NCBI GenBank assembly: GCA_017629175.1 | Contig: JAGBXS010000028.1 | Coordinates: 1-53,042 of the forward strand | DNA length: 53,042 nt | Source of the DNA: Clostridia bacterium | Lineage (GTDB): Bacteria > Bacillota > Clostridia > Oscillospirales > CAG-382 | Direction of reading: 5' to 3' | Shown: piece by piece, positions 9,070-18,083 of the stretch | Layout: each line of letters starts with the position of its first letter | Numbering within the stretch: position 1 is the first letter of the stretch | The notes under the pieces: model-generated | Seen by the model: the letters and a program-made list of their open reading frames with translations, nothing else | What the model was told of the DNA's origin: nothing | Database searches by the model: none | Position numbers and translations under genes: made by a program

Positions 9070-12000
9070 TTATCTCTGAAACGGAAGAAATTCATTCAGA
9101 ACACTTTCGTCGGGAACATAAATTTCAACACTGCCATGGTCACTCACCTCAGCGGAAACCTCGACGGCAAACACTGAAATGTCAGAAACCGCTTTCACGC
9201 CGGTAACGTATTCCCCGTCTGTATACACAAAGAGGGTAAGCAAATCGATGGGATCGGCAAGATGCTCCGGAGAGAACACAAAGACATAATGCCCATCCTC
9301 TTCGTAAATATCCTCGAAAGGCGTTTCGGAGAAGAACGGATCGGAATCCCCGATTTCCGTATCATGCTCCGGACTTTCCGTTTCGTCGGATACAATGCCC
9401 TCTTCAAGGTTGAAGAAATAAACGATTGCAGAAGCAGGATTACGCCGAAACTCCTCGAACGTGATCAACCGCTTTTCGGAAAGAACCAAAACCTCTGTAT
9501 GAGAGGATCCGTATTCCCCGCGGATCTCTTTTTCAAGATAGATCGTCTCGTTGTAAATCAACACGCGGTTAATGATGGAACAATCCTTCAACGAGCCATA
9601 CTCCGACCTACGGGGTATATCGCGGGAGGTCAGACCGAGGAAATACGGTATATCGAAGGTCAGGTCGCCGCTCAAAGCACCGCCTTCGTAAGACAAACCG
9701 CCCGCAACGGAAACGTTATTCAATGCAAAAGAGAATAGCCTAAGATCCAAGCTACCGTCAATTCGCCAGGAGCCTGCCGAAAGCGTGTTATAAACAGCCT
9801 GCATCATATCCGCAAGCTCGGTAATATCTGTATATTCCTCGGGAGAGGGCATAACAACAGGACGAGGATCACATGCGACCAACAGCAAAGAAACAGCCTC
9901 GGAAGAGAACCGCACCACGTTCAACTCGTCTCCGAGCCAGCTGAGCGTCAGAATTCCATCTGCGGTATCAACCGTTAAATTCCCGTTTTTGTACGAAACG
10001 CTCTTAATTTCGGATAGATCGCCAGACAAGCCTGCCAACGGGAATATTGCGGCTCCCAAGGATTCTTCCGACAACTCAACCAACGAAACAGGAGAATCGG
10101 AGAAAAGTGAAAGCAACTTGATACCGCCGATATCTGCATAAACAGCACTTGTATCGTAGTACAGTTTCACAGGCTGGCTGATGGTGTTGCTGAAAACAGA
10201 CTCAAAAGCCAACTGCTCCAAGGAGCCGTCGTTGGAAAGGCGGATGTCAAAGCGATTGATCAATACCGCAACAATGTCGCTGTAATAGTTTCCGGTAAAC
10301 GCAAGCTCTTTTTTCTCTGCCAAAGCAGACAGTTTTCCCAAAAGATCTTCCAGGTCGATGCATTTTTCCTTTTGGGGAACATCGATGGAAACGACATCTT
10401 GGCTTCCGTACAATTTCGTGCTGCGCACGATGGTCTCACCGCTGACCAAGCGGAAGGAATCCTTATTCAAGTACAGCGTAAAGGACTCGAAAACCAATTT
10501 CATCTGATGGTTTTCCACTTGAATCGCTTCCAAAGAAGAGGAAGACAGGTCAAGGGAGTCGCCGGCTCTTACGTCAGAACCGCTGAAAGCGGAATCGCCA
10601 CCGGAAAGCAACTGCAATTTATCGGCAGGAAGATACCCGTCGAACAAGGCGTGACTGAGATACATGTGATCCGCTGCGTAGAATAGGTCGATATCTTCCC
10701 CGCTCAAAGCGGTGCTGAATTTCAAAACAAGATCAGACTCAAGCGAGCCGACAACGTCAACGTTAAATTTTTCCTGCGCGGATTGAACAACAAGCGTTGC
10801 GTAAATAGACTTCGCTCCCAAAAGCTCGGGATAAACGGAGTCGTCTAAGAACGCAGTAAGCTCTGCGGCAGACAAAGAGTGCTTCACCGCAGGAAGCTCG
10901 CCTGCAGAGTGATCCCCGTATCCGGTTTTAGTGGCAACTACAACCGTTGACCCGTTTTCATAGACAAGCGAATTCCCGCGGAACCGCACAAGGGATTCCC
11001 CAAAGCGCACAACCATGCTGTTCTTTTCTATGGAAACACGAACACCGGAAGTCATTTCTCCTTCGGCAGCGTACTCCACGGACGAGCTTTTTGAAAATAA
11101 CGCCAACAAAGTCTCAAGCTCAGCATAAGAACCATGCACAGCTACATCACTCAAGATAGCAATCGCAGAGTCTTCCGCGAAGAACAGCGATAACGGCATC
11201 GATTCATCCAAAAACTGCACCGCAAAGGAAGGCTTTTCGCCAAGGGAAAGGATAGCATTCGCCGACACATCGTGCTCGCCGGTAATGCCAACCATGTAGT
11301 ATGTGTTGGGTTGCTGTAAAGCCTCAAAGAGGATATTGAGGGAATCCAGCCCTTGGGTAATATCTTCGTAGCCTACTAGGGTCGGCAATTCACTGCGAGC
11401 ATTCGACTGCTTCATGTGCAAAGAGCCCGACGTTCCCGCCATAGACAGATCAACCGTCAGCTCCTCAATCGTCATGGACGCAGTATCCAAAACAACATAG
11501 AAGGAGACCTCCTCGGAAGCGGAAGAGAGAATTAACTTACCGTTCTCATTTTTGATGCTGATGTCGTCCATCAACGACCCGACGGAGGAAGATATACCGC
11601 CTCCATCCCGCTGTGAAGAACTGCCGATGTTCGCAAGAGGACTCACTTTCCCATTAAAAGCATCGGCATCGGTGCTAAGCTTATTCTCAGAAAAAGCGAA
11701 ATAATACTTTCCGTTGCGATAAACCAGAGAAAACTCTTCGCCGACGGCATAAATACTGCTATCACCGGTCTCTAATGAGATCTGTAAAGGAATTTCCTCG
11801 CCCGACATAGTCAGCGTAGCATCGTAGGTATTGGAATTTCCGAAGAGAGAGAACAAAAAATTATATCCCGTAGAAAGAGGCGGAACCTCACTATCCGCAT
11901 TCAGTTGGGAGAACGCACCGAAGAAATCCGCTTCGATATGAGTAACAGTATCGTAAGAAAAGGTCTCTATGTACTTGGACTTACAAACCGTTTCTCCAAT

Positions 12001-12750
12001 CAGATCCATATAAACAGTGTACTCTTCTTTGTATTCCGCTCGCAAAGGACGGAAGGAAGCATCCATATCCAAATTGATCTCTACGGATTTGAAGACAGGA
12101 TCTTCTTCCAGCTGAAGCAACGTGCGGAGGGATCTTCCGTAATACAGCGCTGCCTCGGCAGAAAGCTGAAAGGAGAAGGAATAGACACCCTCGTTTTCGT
12201 AAAGATAAAAACCCGTTGTAAGAGTACGTTCGTTCATCAAATATGCCGACAATCCGTCATACGACGGTCCGAAAGCATCGTAATAAGCGTTCATCGATAC
12301 GGCAATCGGCGTATCAGCCCATGAAATATGACCCGAGCCAAGAATCTCGCAAGGCCTGAGAAAAGCCTTCTCACCGTTGAGATATTGCTGGAGCCCCACA
12401 TTGACCAAAGAGCCCGTATTCATTTGCTGAACGGACACTCCCTCGGAGGTCACGACACGGCGGTTATTGATCAATTGCCGATAGTTAAAAAACAAAATCT
12501 GCGTATCGATAACACCCTCGGTGGAAGTGGAAAATTCTCCATGCTCCGCAAGGGCGCTTTGGCAAAGCTGCCACGCCTGCAAAGGAGTACATTCGTCAGG
12601 GGTCAAAAGATCCTCGGAAACCTCGGAGGATGTCTCCTCCGTCCTCAAGATCGGCAAAAGGAACCGCAAGCCGAAAAAGAAGGGTAAGAACAAGCAAAAC
12701 AGAATACACAGAACACTGATTGTTCCAAGAAAGACTCTTCTGTTTTTCAT
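9070..12750 (-). CDS. Large membrane-anchored hypothetical protein with tandem beta-rich repeats
   Basis: Uninterrupted ~1226-codon ORF; GGAG RBS before ATG 12750; basic N-terminus plus hydrophobic helix; recurring P-x4-6-Y-x-D-I-like linker about every 170 aa. Confidence 0.8.
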   Translation of the reverse strand: MKNRRVFLGTISVLCILFCLFLPFFFGLRFLLPILRTEETSSEVSEDLLTPDECTPLQAWQLCQSALAEHGEFSTSTEGVIDTQILFFNYRQLINNRRVVTSEGVSVQQMNTGSLVNVGLQQYLNGEKAFLRPCEILGSGHISWADTPIAVSMNAYYDAFGPSYDGLSAYLMNERTLTTGFYLYENEGVYSFSFQLSAEAALYYGRSLRTLLQLEEDPVFKSVEINLDMDASFRPLRAEYKEEYTVYMDLIGETVCKSKYIETFSYDTVTHIEADFFGAFSQLNADSEVPPLSTGYNFLFSLFGNSNTYDATLTMSGEEIPLQISLETGDSSIYAVGEEFSLVYRNGKYYFAFSENKLSTDADAFNGKVSPLANIGSSSQRDGGGISSSVGSLMDDISIKNENGKLILSSASEEVSFYVVLDTASMTIEELTVDLSMAGTSGSLHMKQSNARSELPTLVGYEDITQGLDSLNILFEALQQPNTYYMVGITGEHDVSANAILSLGEKPSFAVQFLDESMPLSLFFAEDSAIAILSDVAVHGSYAELETLLALFSKSSSVEYAAEGEMTSGVRVSIEKNSMVVRFGESLVRFRGNSLVYENGSTVVVATKTGYGDHSAGELPAVKHSLSAAELTAFLDDSVYPELLGAKSIYATLVVQSAQEKFNVDVVGSLESDLVLKFSTALSGEDIDLFYAADHMYLSHALFDGYLPADKLQLLSGGDSAFSGSDVRAGDSLDLSSSSLEAIQVENHQMKLVFESFTLYLNKDSFRLVSGETIVRSTKLYGSQDVVSIDVPQKEKCIDLEDLLGKLSALAEKKELAFTGNYYSDIVAVLINRFDIRLSNDGSLEQLAFESVFSNTISQPVKLYYDTSAVYADIGGIKLLSLFSDSPVSLVELSEESLGAAIFPLAGLSGDLSEIKSVSYKNGNLTVDTADGILTLSWLGDELNVVRFSSEAVSLLLVACDPRPVVMPSPEEYTDITELADMMQAVYNTLSAGSWRIDGSLDLRLFSFALNNVSVAGGLSYEGGALSGDLTFDIPYFLGLTSRDIPRRSEYGSLKDCSIINRVLIYNETIYLEKEIRGEYGSSHTEVLVLSEKRLITFEEFRRNPASAIVYFFNLEEGIVSDETESPEHDTEIGDSDPFFSETPFEDIYEEDGHYVFVFSPEHLADPIDLLTLFVYTDGEYVTGVKAVSDISVFAVEVSAEVSDHGSVEIYVPDESVLNEFLPFQR

Positions 12751-12852
12751 TTTCTGTCTCCTTCCCTTATCTAAAAAATTCTCATTGTATTGTAACACAA
12801 AACAAGAAAAAAAGCAAGTGAATTTTAAGTGTTTCCTTGTGAAAAATCGCAG

Positions 12853-12881
12853 TTGACAGCGGAATTTGTCTATGGTAAACT
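12853..12881 (+). promoter_or_regulatory. SigmaA promoter
   Basis: TTGACA-N17-TAAACT with extended TG. Confidence 0.7.
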
Positions 12882-12912
12882 ATTGATACACAGAGTACAT
12901 AAGGAGATAAAA

Positions 12913-13361
12913 ATAAATATCCTCGTTCTCGGCGGCACTCGCTTCATGGGTAAGCATCTCGTTTCGGCACTGATGATTACACGAAACGACTTCTCTTTTA
13001 CATTCAAAAAATTGTTGAGGGCTCTCCTGCATTCGTTGATAATTATGATGCGCAAATGGCTTTCGTGCGCTCTGATGAAGCAGGAGAATTCCTGGCACAG
13101 TTTGCAGATAATGACTTTACAGGCTATATCAACGGTGACAGCGAGGGTACCGTATCGATAAAAGACATATCTGAATACGTCTGCAAAAAAACCGGAAAAA
13201 CACTTCTTTTCTCCGAATTAGGTGAGCCTGCGCCGTACAACGGAGAAGCGCCCTATACTATTAATACGGAGCTTGCGAATTCGATCGGATTTTCTTTTAC
13301 CCCCTTGCACCAATGGATATGGACACTCATCGACCACTATTTAAAGGAGTTAAACGTCTGA
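12913..13361 (+). pseudogene. NAD-dependent epimerase/dehydratase (extended SDR) remnant with internal deletion, frameshift and ATA at the start position
   Basis: AAGGAG RBS then ATA-NILVLGGTRFMGKHLV (Rossmann motif); a different frame from 12963 reads FGTDDYTKRLLFYIQ...DAQMAFVRSDEAG to the stop at 13361. Confidence 0.8.
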
Positions 13362-13368
13362 AAATAAT

Positions 13369-14589
13369 ATGAGAATCAGTGTATTATGTGAGGACTCCCC
13401 TCTCTGCTCTCGATTTGAAGCGGAACATGGCCTGTCCTTTCTGATCCAAACCGAAAAGAATAAAATTCTGTTTGATGCAGGGCAAAGCGATCTTTTTCTG
13501 CGCAACGCAGAAAAGCTGGGCGAAAAATTACAGGATGTTGATATCTTCATTCTCTCCCACGGACATTACGATCACGGCAACGGCTTGGAATACTTTATGC
13601 AACGCAACTCCCGCGCCAAGATATACGTCCACCCCCTTGCTTTTGCCGAGTTTTTCCACGGAGAACGGTATATCGGGCTTTCGGAGAAAGCGAAAGCTTC
13701 GCAGGATCGTTTCGTGATGCTTGACCAAAAAATCGATTTGGACCAAGAGCTCTCTGTTTTGCCTGCAGATTTACTTGCAGAGGCAAAGCCAACCGATTTG
13801 CTGATAAAATGTGGCGATACGTTAGTACCCGATCGTTTTGAACATGAGTTATATTTGGTCGTTACCCAAGGCAACGAAAAAGTTCTTTTTACGGGATGCT
13901 GCCATCGAGGTATTCTCGCTGTTCTCGAAGTTGCAAAACAGAACGGGATCACACATATCGTAGGCGGATTTCATCTAACTGACACGCTTTCTACGGAGCA
14001 ACTCGCAATCATTGCAGAGGAATTACGCAATTCCTGTATCAGCTGCTATTCCGGACATTGCACCCACTTCACCGCAGCAGAACACCTAAGCAAGGTTTTA
14101 GGGAAAAGATTTCACAGACTTGCCTCCGGCATGATGTTTTCTATCGGCGGAAAGCCTGAGCTTGCCGGAACCTTATTCCGCCAAGGATACAACTGTTCCC
14201 AAGCTGTGCTGGGCGCATTTGCGGAAGAATTGGGGCTCCCCTTTGAAACTGCTGTAAAGCTCTCTTGCTCCTTCGGAGGCGGTATGGGCAGAATGCGCGA
14301 GGTCTGCGGAGCCGTGAGCGGTATGCTCTTGGTATGTGGAATGGCGAAGGGATATTCCACTCCGGAAACCGGCATCGTCAAAGCGGAGCATTACCGTCTG
14401 GTGCAAGAGCTGGCAAAATGCTTCAAGGAACGGCACGGAAGTATTTATTGCCACGACCTGCTTGGCGGCACGGCAAGCACACTCCCCACCCCCACGGAAA
14501 GAAACCATTCCTTCTACAACAGCCGTCCTTGTGAAAAATTGATTGCATCCGCGGCTTCCATTTTGGAAGAAATCCTATTCCGTCAATAA
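13369..14589 (+). CDS. MBL-fold metallo-hydrolase fused to a C-GCAxxG-C-C family domain
   Basis: EHGLS, FDAG, SHGHYDHGNG, TGCCH, GGFH and GHCT motifs, then GYNCSQAV, EVCGAVSG, IYCHDL and RPCEKL. Confidence 0.88.
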   Translation: MRISVLCEDSPLCSRFEAEHGLSFLIQTEKNKILFDAGQSDLFLRNAEKLGEKLQDVDIFILSHGHYDHGNGLEYFMQRNSRAKIYVHPLAFAEFFHGERYIGLSEKAKASQDRFVMLDQKIDLDQELSVLPADLLAEAKPTDLLIKCGDTLVPDRFEHELYLVVTQGNEKVLFTGCCHRGILAVLEVAKQNGITHIVGGFHLTDTLSTEQLAIIAEELRNSCISCYSGHCTHFTAAEHLSKVLGKRFHRLASGMMFSIGGKPELAGTLFRQGYNCSQAVLGAFAEELGLPFETAVKLSCSFGGGMGRMREVCGAVSGMLLVCGMAKGYSTPETGIVKAEHYRLVQELAKCFKERHGSIYCHDLLGGTASTLPTPTERNHSFYNSRPCEKLIASAASILEEILFRQ

Positions 14590-14595
14590 ATGAAT

Positions 14596-14631
14596 AGCGA
14601 CCGACGGTACGATCGTACCGTCGGTCGTTTT
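14596..14631. terminator. Hairpin/terminator between convergent genes
   Basis: Perfect palindrome CGACCGACGGTACGATCGTACCGTCGGTCG followed by TTTT. Confidence 0.75.
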
Positions 14632-14632
14632 G

Positions 14633-14947
14633 TTATATGATGGGAACTTCCAATTCTTCTTCCTCTGCAAGAAATTCGGCAAAGGTTTTTCCTTTCATAG
14701 GAATTACCTTCCACGCAAAATAAGCGGCGTACTTTTCAAAGCAGTCCGGACAGATCCAATCTTGGCTTTCTTCGTCGTGAAAGCCCTCGCTGTATTCCTG
14801 CGCTCTACCACTGATATGTCCCCAGCAAAAGACGCATAGCGCGAATTCCTTGGGAAAAGATGGTACATATTCTTTCTCATGCAAGGTTGCTTCGATTAAA
14901 TAAGCTTTAAGACGAAGCTCATCTTCCAAGGTTCTTTTTCTTGCCAT
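14633..14947 (-). CDS. Small hypothetical protein with two CxxC motifs
   Basis: CVFCW...WICPDCF; overlaps the end of the upstream gene; start uncertain (14947 or 14965). Confidence 0.65.
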   Translation of the reverse strand: MARKRTLEDELRLKAYLIEATLHEKEYVPSFPKEFALCVFCWGHISGRAQEYSEGFHDEESQDWICPDCFEKYAAYFAWKVIPMKGKTFAEFLAEEEELEVPII

Positions 14948-15539
14948 TTTTTCGACCTTTCGCATATAGTCGATATGAATATCCCATGATGGATTTCATA
15001 TCTGCAAAGATGTAGTACACCTCTCTGGGGTTCTTACAAACCAGGCGGAGATATACGGGCTTCCCGAGGGACAAACTTCGCATATCGGCTTTTTCGGGAT
15101 TCTTTTGAGCGTTTTTCAGATTGTAAAGACGATTCAAGCCCGGCATCCTTCGAAGATAATCCTTCCGACAACGTATAGAAACGGAAGCAAACCGAGGCGC
15201 GAACCAAAGCTTTTTGACGGTAATGCTTTCAACAGCATTTAGCGGCAGCTCGTCCATCTGCGGGATCTGTTTTCTGATATACCGATAGACGGAATACTGC
15301 GTGACCGCAAAATAATTTCCGTACAATGATCGTGTTCCGATAAAATACGCCCATGCAAAGAAAACAGCACCGAGAAGCAATGTTACAAACACCGACAAAG
15401 GGGAGAACGCCCAAATCACGACGAGAGATATAAGGAACGTTACCAAAAATGCGATGACTACATATGCAGAAAACGCATAAAACCAAGGAAGCTCTTTTAC
15501 AATCTGAAATCGCTCATCCTTACGGAAAAAGCTTTCCAT
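14919..15539 (-). CDS. Hypothetical membrane protein (two TM helices plus a possible bacterial PH-like domain)
   Basis: Two hydrophobic segments, then YFAVTQYSVY...ELPLNAVESITVK; ORF extends to 15611, true start uncertain. Confidence 0.6.
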   Translation of the reverse strand: MESFFRKDERFQIVKELPWFYAFSAYVVIAFLVTFLISLVVIWAFSPLSVFVTLLLGAVFFAWAYFIGTRSLYGNYFAVTQYSVYRYIRKQIPQMDELPLNAVESITVKKLWFAPRFASVSIRCRKDYLRRMPGLNRLYNLKNAQKNPEKADMRSLSLGKPVYLRLVCKNPREVYYIFADMKSIMGYSYRLYAKGRKNGKKKNLGR

Positions 15540-15573
15540 TGCAACCAATGCGGTTTTTTCGCGCCACATACGA

Positions 15574-16899
15574 TCAGCTATATAAGATGGAGTCCAAATT
15601 CCACTCTGCAAGGATGTAAATCACATAATCGGGCTTTTCGGAAGCGATCAAGGATTGATCCCAACGATATCCCCACATACCCATGTAATGGGTTTTGTTC
15701 ATACGTTCAGCCAATATGTCATACATCTGCGTGGAATAGGAATCGCGAAGAACGATACAAGAGGGCAACTCCTCGCGCTTGGTATTGATGATTTTTTCCT
15801 CGGTCACAGCATTGCTGTAACAGAGCTGTGTGGTTGACCCGTAGCGCTTTATGGAAGTGATGGCAGAAGGCGCATCAAATTCAAAGGTACGGTAATATGC
15901 ATATTCCTTAACCTTGCTTTGAGACATTGCGAGATAATAGGTCATATCCCCGCTTTCGTAATACCCGGGATTCCAGTTGAATTCATCAATGGCGCGAGGC
16001 GCCGCCTCGGGGAAGGTTTTGGCAACCTGTTCGAAAAGTGCCTTGTAAGCTATGTATGCGCCGTAATCCGACCAATGGCTGTCCAGCTTATAGTACAGCG
16101 GCATTTCATCGTTTTTATGCTCTTCAAAAAGCGCCTGCAGATCGATGGCAATACCGCCGCCTGCATTGATGGCATCCACAGCTTTGCTCAAGCGGGTTTC
16201 GGAAGCAAGCTCTCCGTAGGTTTCGGGAACCAGCTCGGGATAGACGGTCATGGAGGAAGGAACGATCAAGTAAATGATCGCGGCGTTTTCATTGTAAGAA
16301 CGCAATTGCTTCAATCTTTCTCCGATACGTTTTGTCAGACTGGTATATGCAGTATCTCTGGGAATGTTGGTGCCCTGGAAATCGGGAAGCATCTTCTGGA
16401 AAAAGAACTGAAAATTACCGCCGGTGACAACAGGCCACATTTCACTGCCGGGAGTTTTGGGAGCAACATTTACTCGGCTCTTTTCACCCACCATTTCACC
16501 GTTTAACGTCTCGTAAAGCACAACCTTGACAGGGGCGTTCTTGCACAGCAAACGCAAGGAAAACCATCCCTTGTAGGATTGAGAGCTGACAACCTCACCG
16601 CTACACTCGGCAGTAACAACTGCGCCCTCGGTGCAGGTGCCAACCATAGCAAAGTATGGCTTTTCGGAGTAGCTGTTATACAAAACCTTGATATTGTTTT
16701 CTCCGTACGTTTCATCCTCAGAAGCATCCTCAGAAAAATCCTCAGAACTCTCTTCGGGGATGCTCTCGCCTTCAGAAGAAATCGCGGAAGAGGTGTTGAC
16801 AGAAACAGATTCCTCAACAGCCCCGCTTTGCTCACAGGCGGAAAGCATGAAGGTTGCAACAAGCAACAAGGACAAAACAGACAGCAAAACTCTTTTCAT
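15574..16899 (-). CDS. DHHW/AlgJ-like SGNH O-acetyltransferase lipoprotein
   Basis: Lipobox LSAC, Ser/Glu linker, YYKLDSHWSDYGAY and VLRDSY motifs. Confidence 0.85.
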   Translation of the reverse strand: MKRVLLSVLSLLLVATFMLSACEQSGAVEESVSVNTSSAISSEGESIPEESSEDFSEDASEDETYGENNIKVLYNSYSEKPYFAMVGTCTEGAVVTAECSGEVVSSQSYKGWFSLRLLCKNAPVKVVLYETLNGEMVGEKSRVNVAPKTPGSEMWPVVTGGNFQFFFQKMLPDFQGTNIPRDTAYTSLTKRIGERLKQLRSYNENAAIIYLIVPSSMTVYPELVPETYGELASETRLSKAVDAINAGGGIAIDLQALFEEHKNDEMPLYYKLDSHWSDYGAYIAYKALFEQVAKTFPEAAPRAIDEFNWNPGYYESGDMTYYLAMSQSKVKEYAYYRTFEFDAPSAITSIKRYGSTTQLCYSNAVTEEKIINTKREELPSCIVLRDSYSTQMYDILAERMNKTHYMGMWGYRWDQSLIASEKPDYVIYILAEWNLDSILYS

Positions 16900-16911
16900 G
16901 TGTGTCTCCTC

Positions 16912-18066
16912 TTATTTCAAATTGCCGAGATCGGCAGAAGTGATAATATTTTCTACGTTATAAACGATCAGCAAAGCATCTGCTGAGTAGGTCTCCACAG
17001 CTGCGGATAATGCGGTGTTGGTGCGAAGGTTCAAGGCTACGATATCATACTCACGTGCCAAGAACGGAATCAAGCAATTCGCAAAGGAGTCCTTGGCAAT
17101 CAAAAGCGTTTCACGCTCTTCACCGGGCTTACGGATCTCCGTAACGTTATGCGTGCCATCGAGAAAAACAGAGTATTTGTCGGCAACGTCCAAATAAGAA
17201 CGCTCGTAGAAACCGTCCAAAGGCTCACCGTCAACCGTAACGGTATATTCCCCATCGTCCGGTAAATGCCAGAGCTCCAAGAAATCTCTGGCGTATACAG
17301 GGAAATTCCCTTTTGCGGCGGTGGTACCGGAGAAATCGGCTATCAGCTCCTTCTCGAAACGATCGGGCGCAACAATACGATCTTCCTTGCCAAGCTCTTT
17401 CATAATCTCGCAATAGATGTAATATGCTCCCAGCGTTGTCCAATGGTGATCCGTCTTATACATCACGTACTCCCCGCCATCGTAACGATCGCGCAGGAGC
17501 GACAAGGTATCGATGTACCCGGCATTTTCTTCCAGAAGAGCGTTCATAGCCTCAAAAACGTCATCTCCGTCCGGTCTTTCGTAGGTAAAGGCGCTTTCGC
17601 AAACGTCAATGGTTCTTCCGGGCAACACGGTAACCATCGGGATCTCCAAGGAAGCGGAAAAACGGTTCAAAACCTCCAGCTGAGCCTTTACGGTATCCAA
17701 ATAAATGCGATCCGTGTCCTCGGTGATCTCCATGCGAGACTTATAGGCATCGAACTCCTTCACGGCCAACTGGTCGTAGGAATAAAGAACCCCGTTATTT
17801 TCCCCCTTTCCCAGCATAAGCTCAAAAAAGGAACGAACCCGCAGAAAGCTGTTTCTAAAGGGAAACTGGTCTGCAATATATACGTTCAGATCAGACGCAA
17901 ACTGTCCGGAGAAAAAGGAATCGGCGTTCAACGACGGAGCAGTGGCGAGGGTTCGATTTTCCTGCCGAGAAAACGCTTGATCGGGCAAAGCAAGAAAGAG
18001 GACAGAAAGCGTAAGGATGATCCCACAGAACAATACGACTGTTGCGTATTCGGAAAATTTCTTCAC
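16912..18066 (-). CDS. DHHW family protein
   Basis: N-terminal TM, ENRTLA, DQFPFR, YKTDHHWTTLGAY and KDSFAN motifs; GTG start. Confidence 0.92.
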   Translation of the reverse strand: MKKFSEYATVVLFCGIILTLSVLFLALPDQAFSRQENRTLATAPSLNADSFFSGQFASDLNVYIADQFPFRNSFLRVRSFFELMLGKGENNGVLYSYDQLAVKEFDAYKSRMEITEDTDRIYLDTVKAQLEVLNRFSASLEIPMVTVLPGRTIDVCESAFTYERPDGDDVFEAMNALLEENAGYIDTLSLLRDRYDGGEYVMYKTDHHWTTLGAYYIYCEIMKELGKEDRIVAPDRFEKELIADFSGTTAAKGNFPVYARDFLELWHLPDDGEYTVTVDGEPLDGFYERSYLDVADKYSVFLDGTHNVTEIRKPGEERETLLIAKDSFANCLIPFLAREYDIVALNLRTNTALSAAVETYSADALLIVYNVENIITSADLGNLK

Positions 18067-18083
18067 GTACAGACTCCCCTTTC

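Noticed and set aside
12913-13161. Programmed frameshift or non-canonical ATA start producing a functional epimerase
   Set aside because: Even with a frameshift the product would lack the central catalytic part of an extended SDR; decay is the simpler explanation
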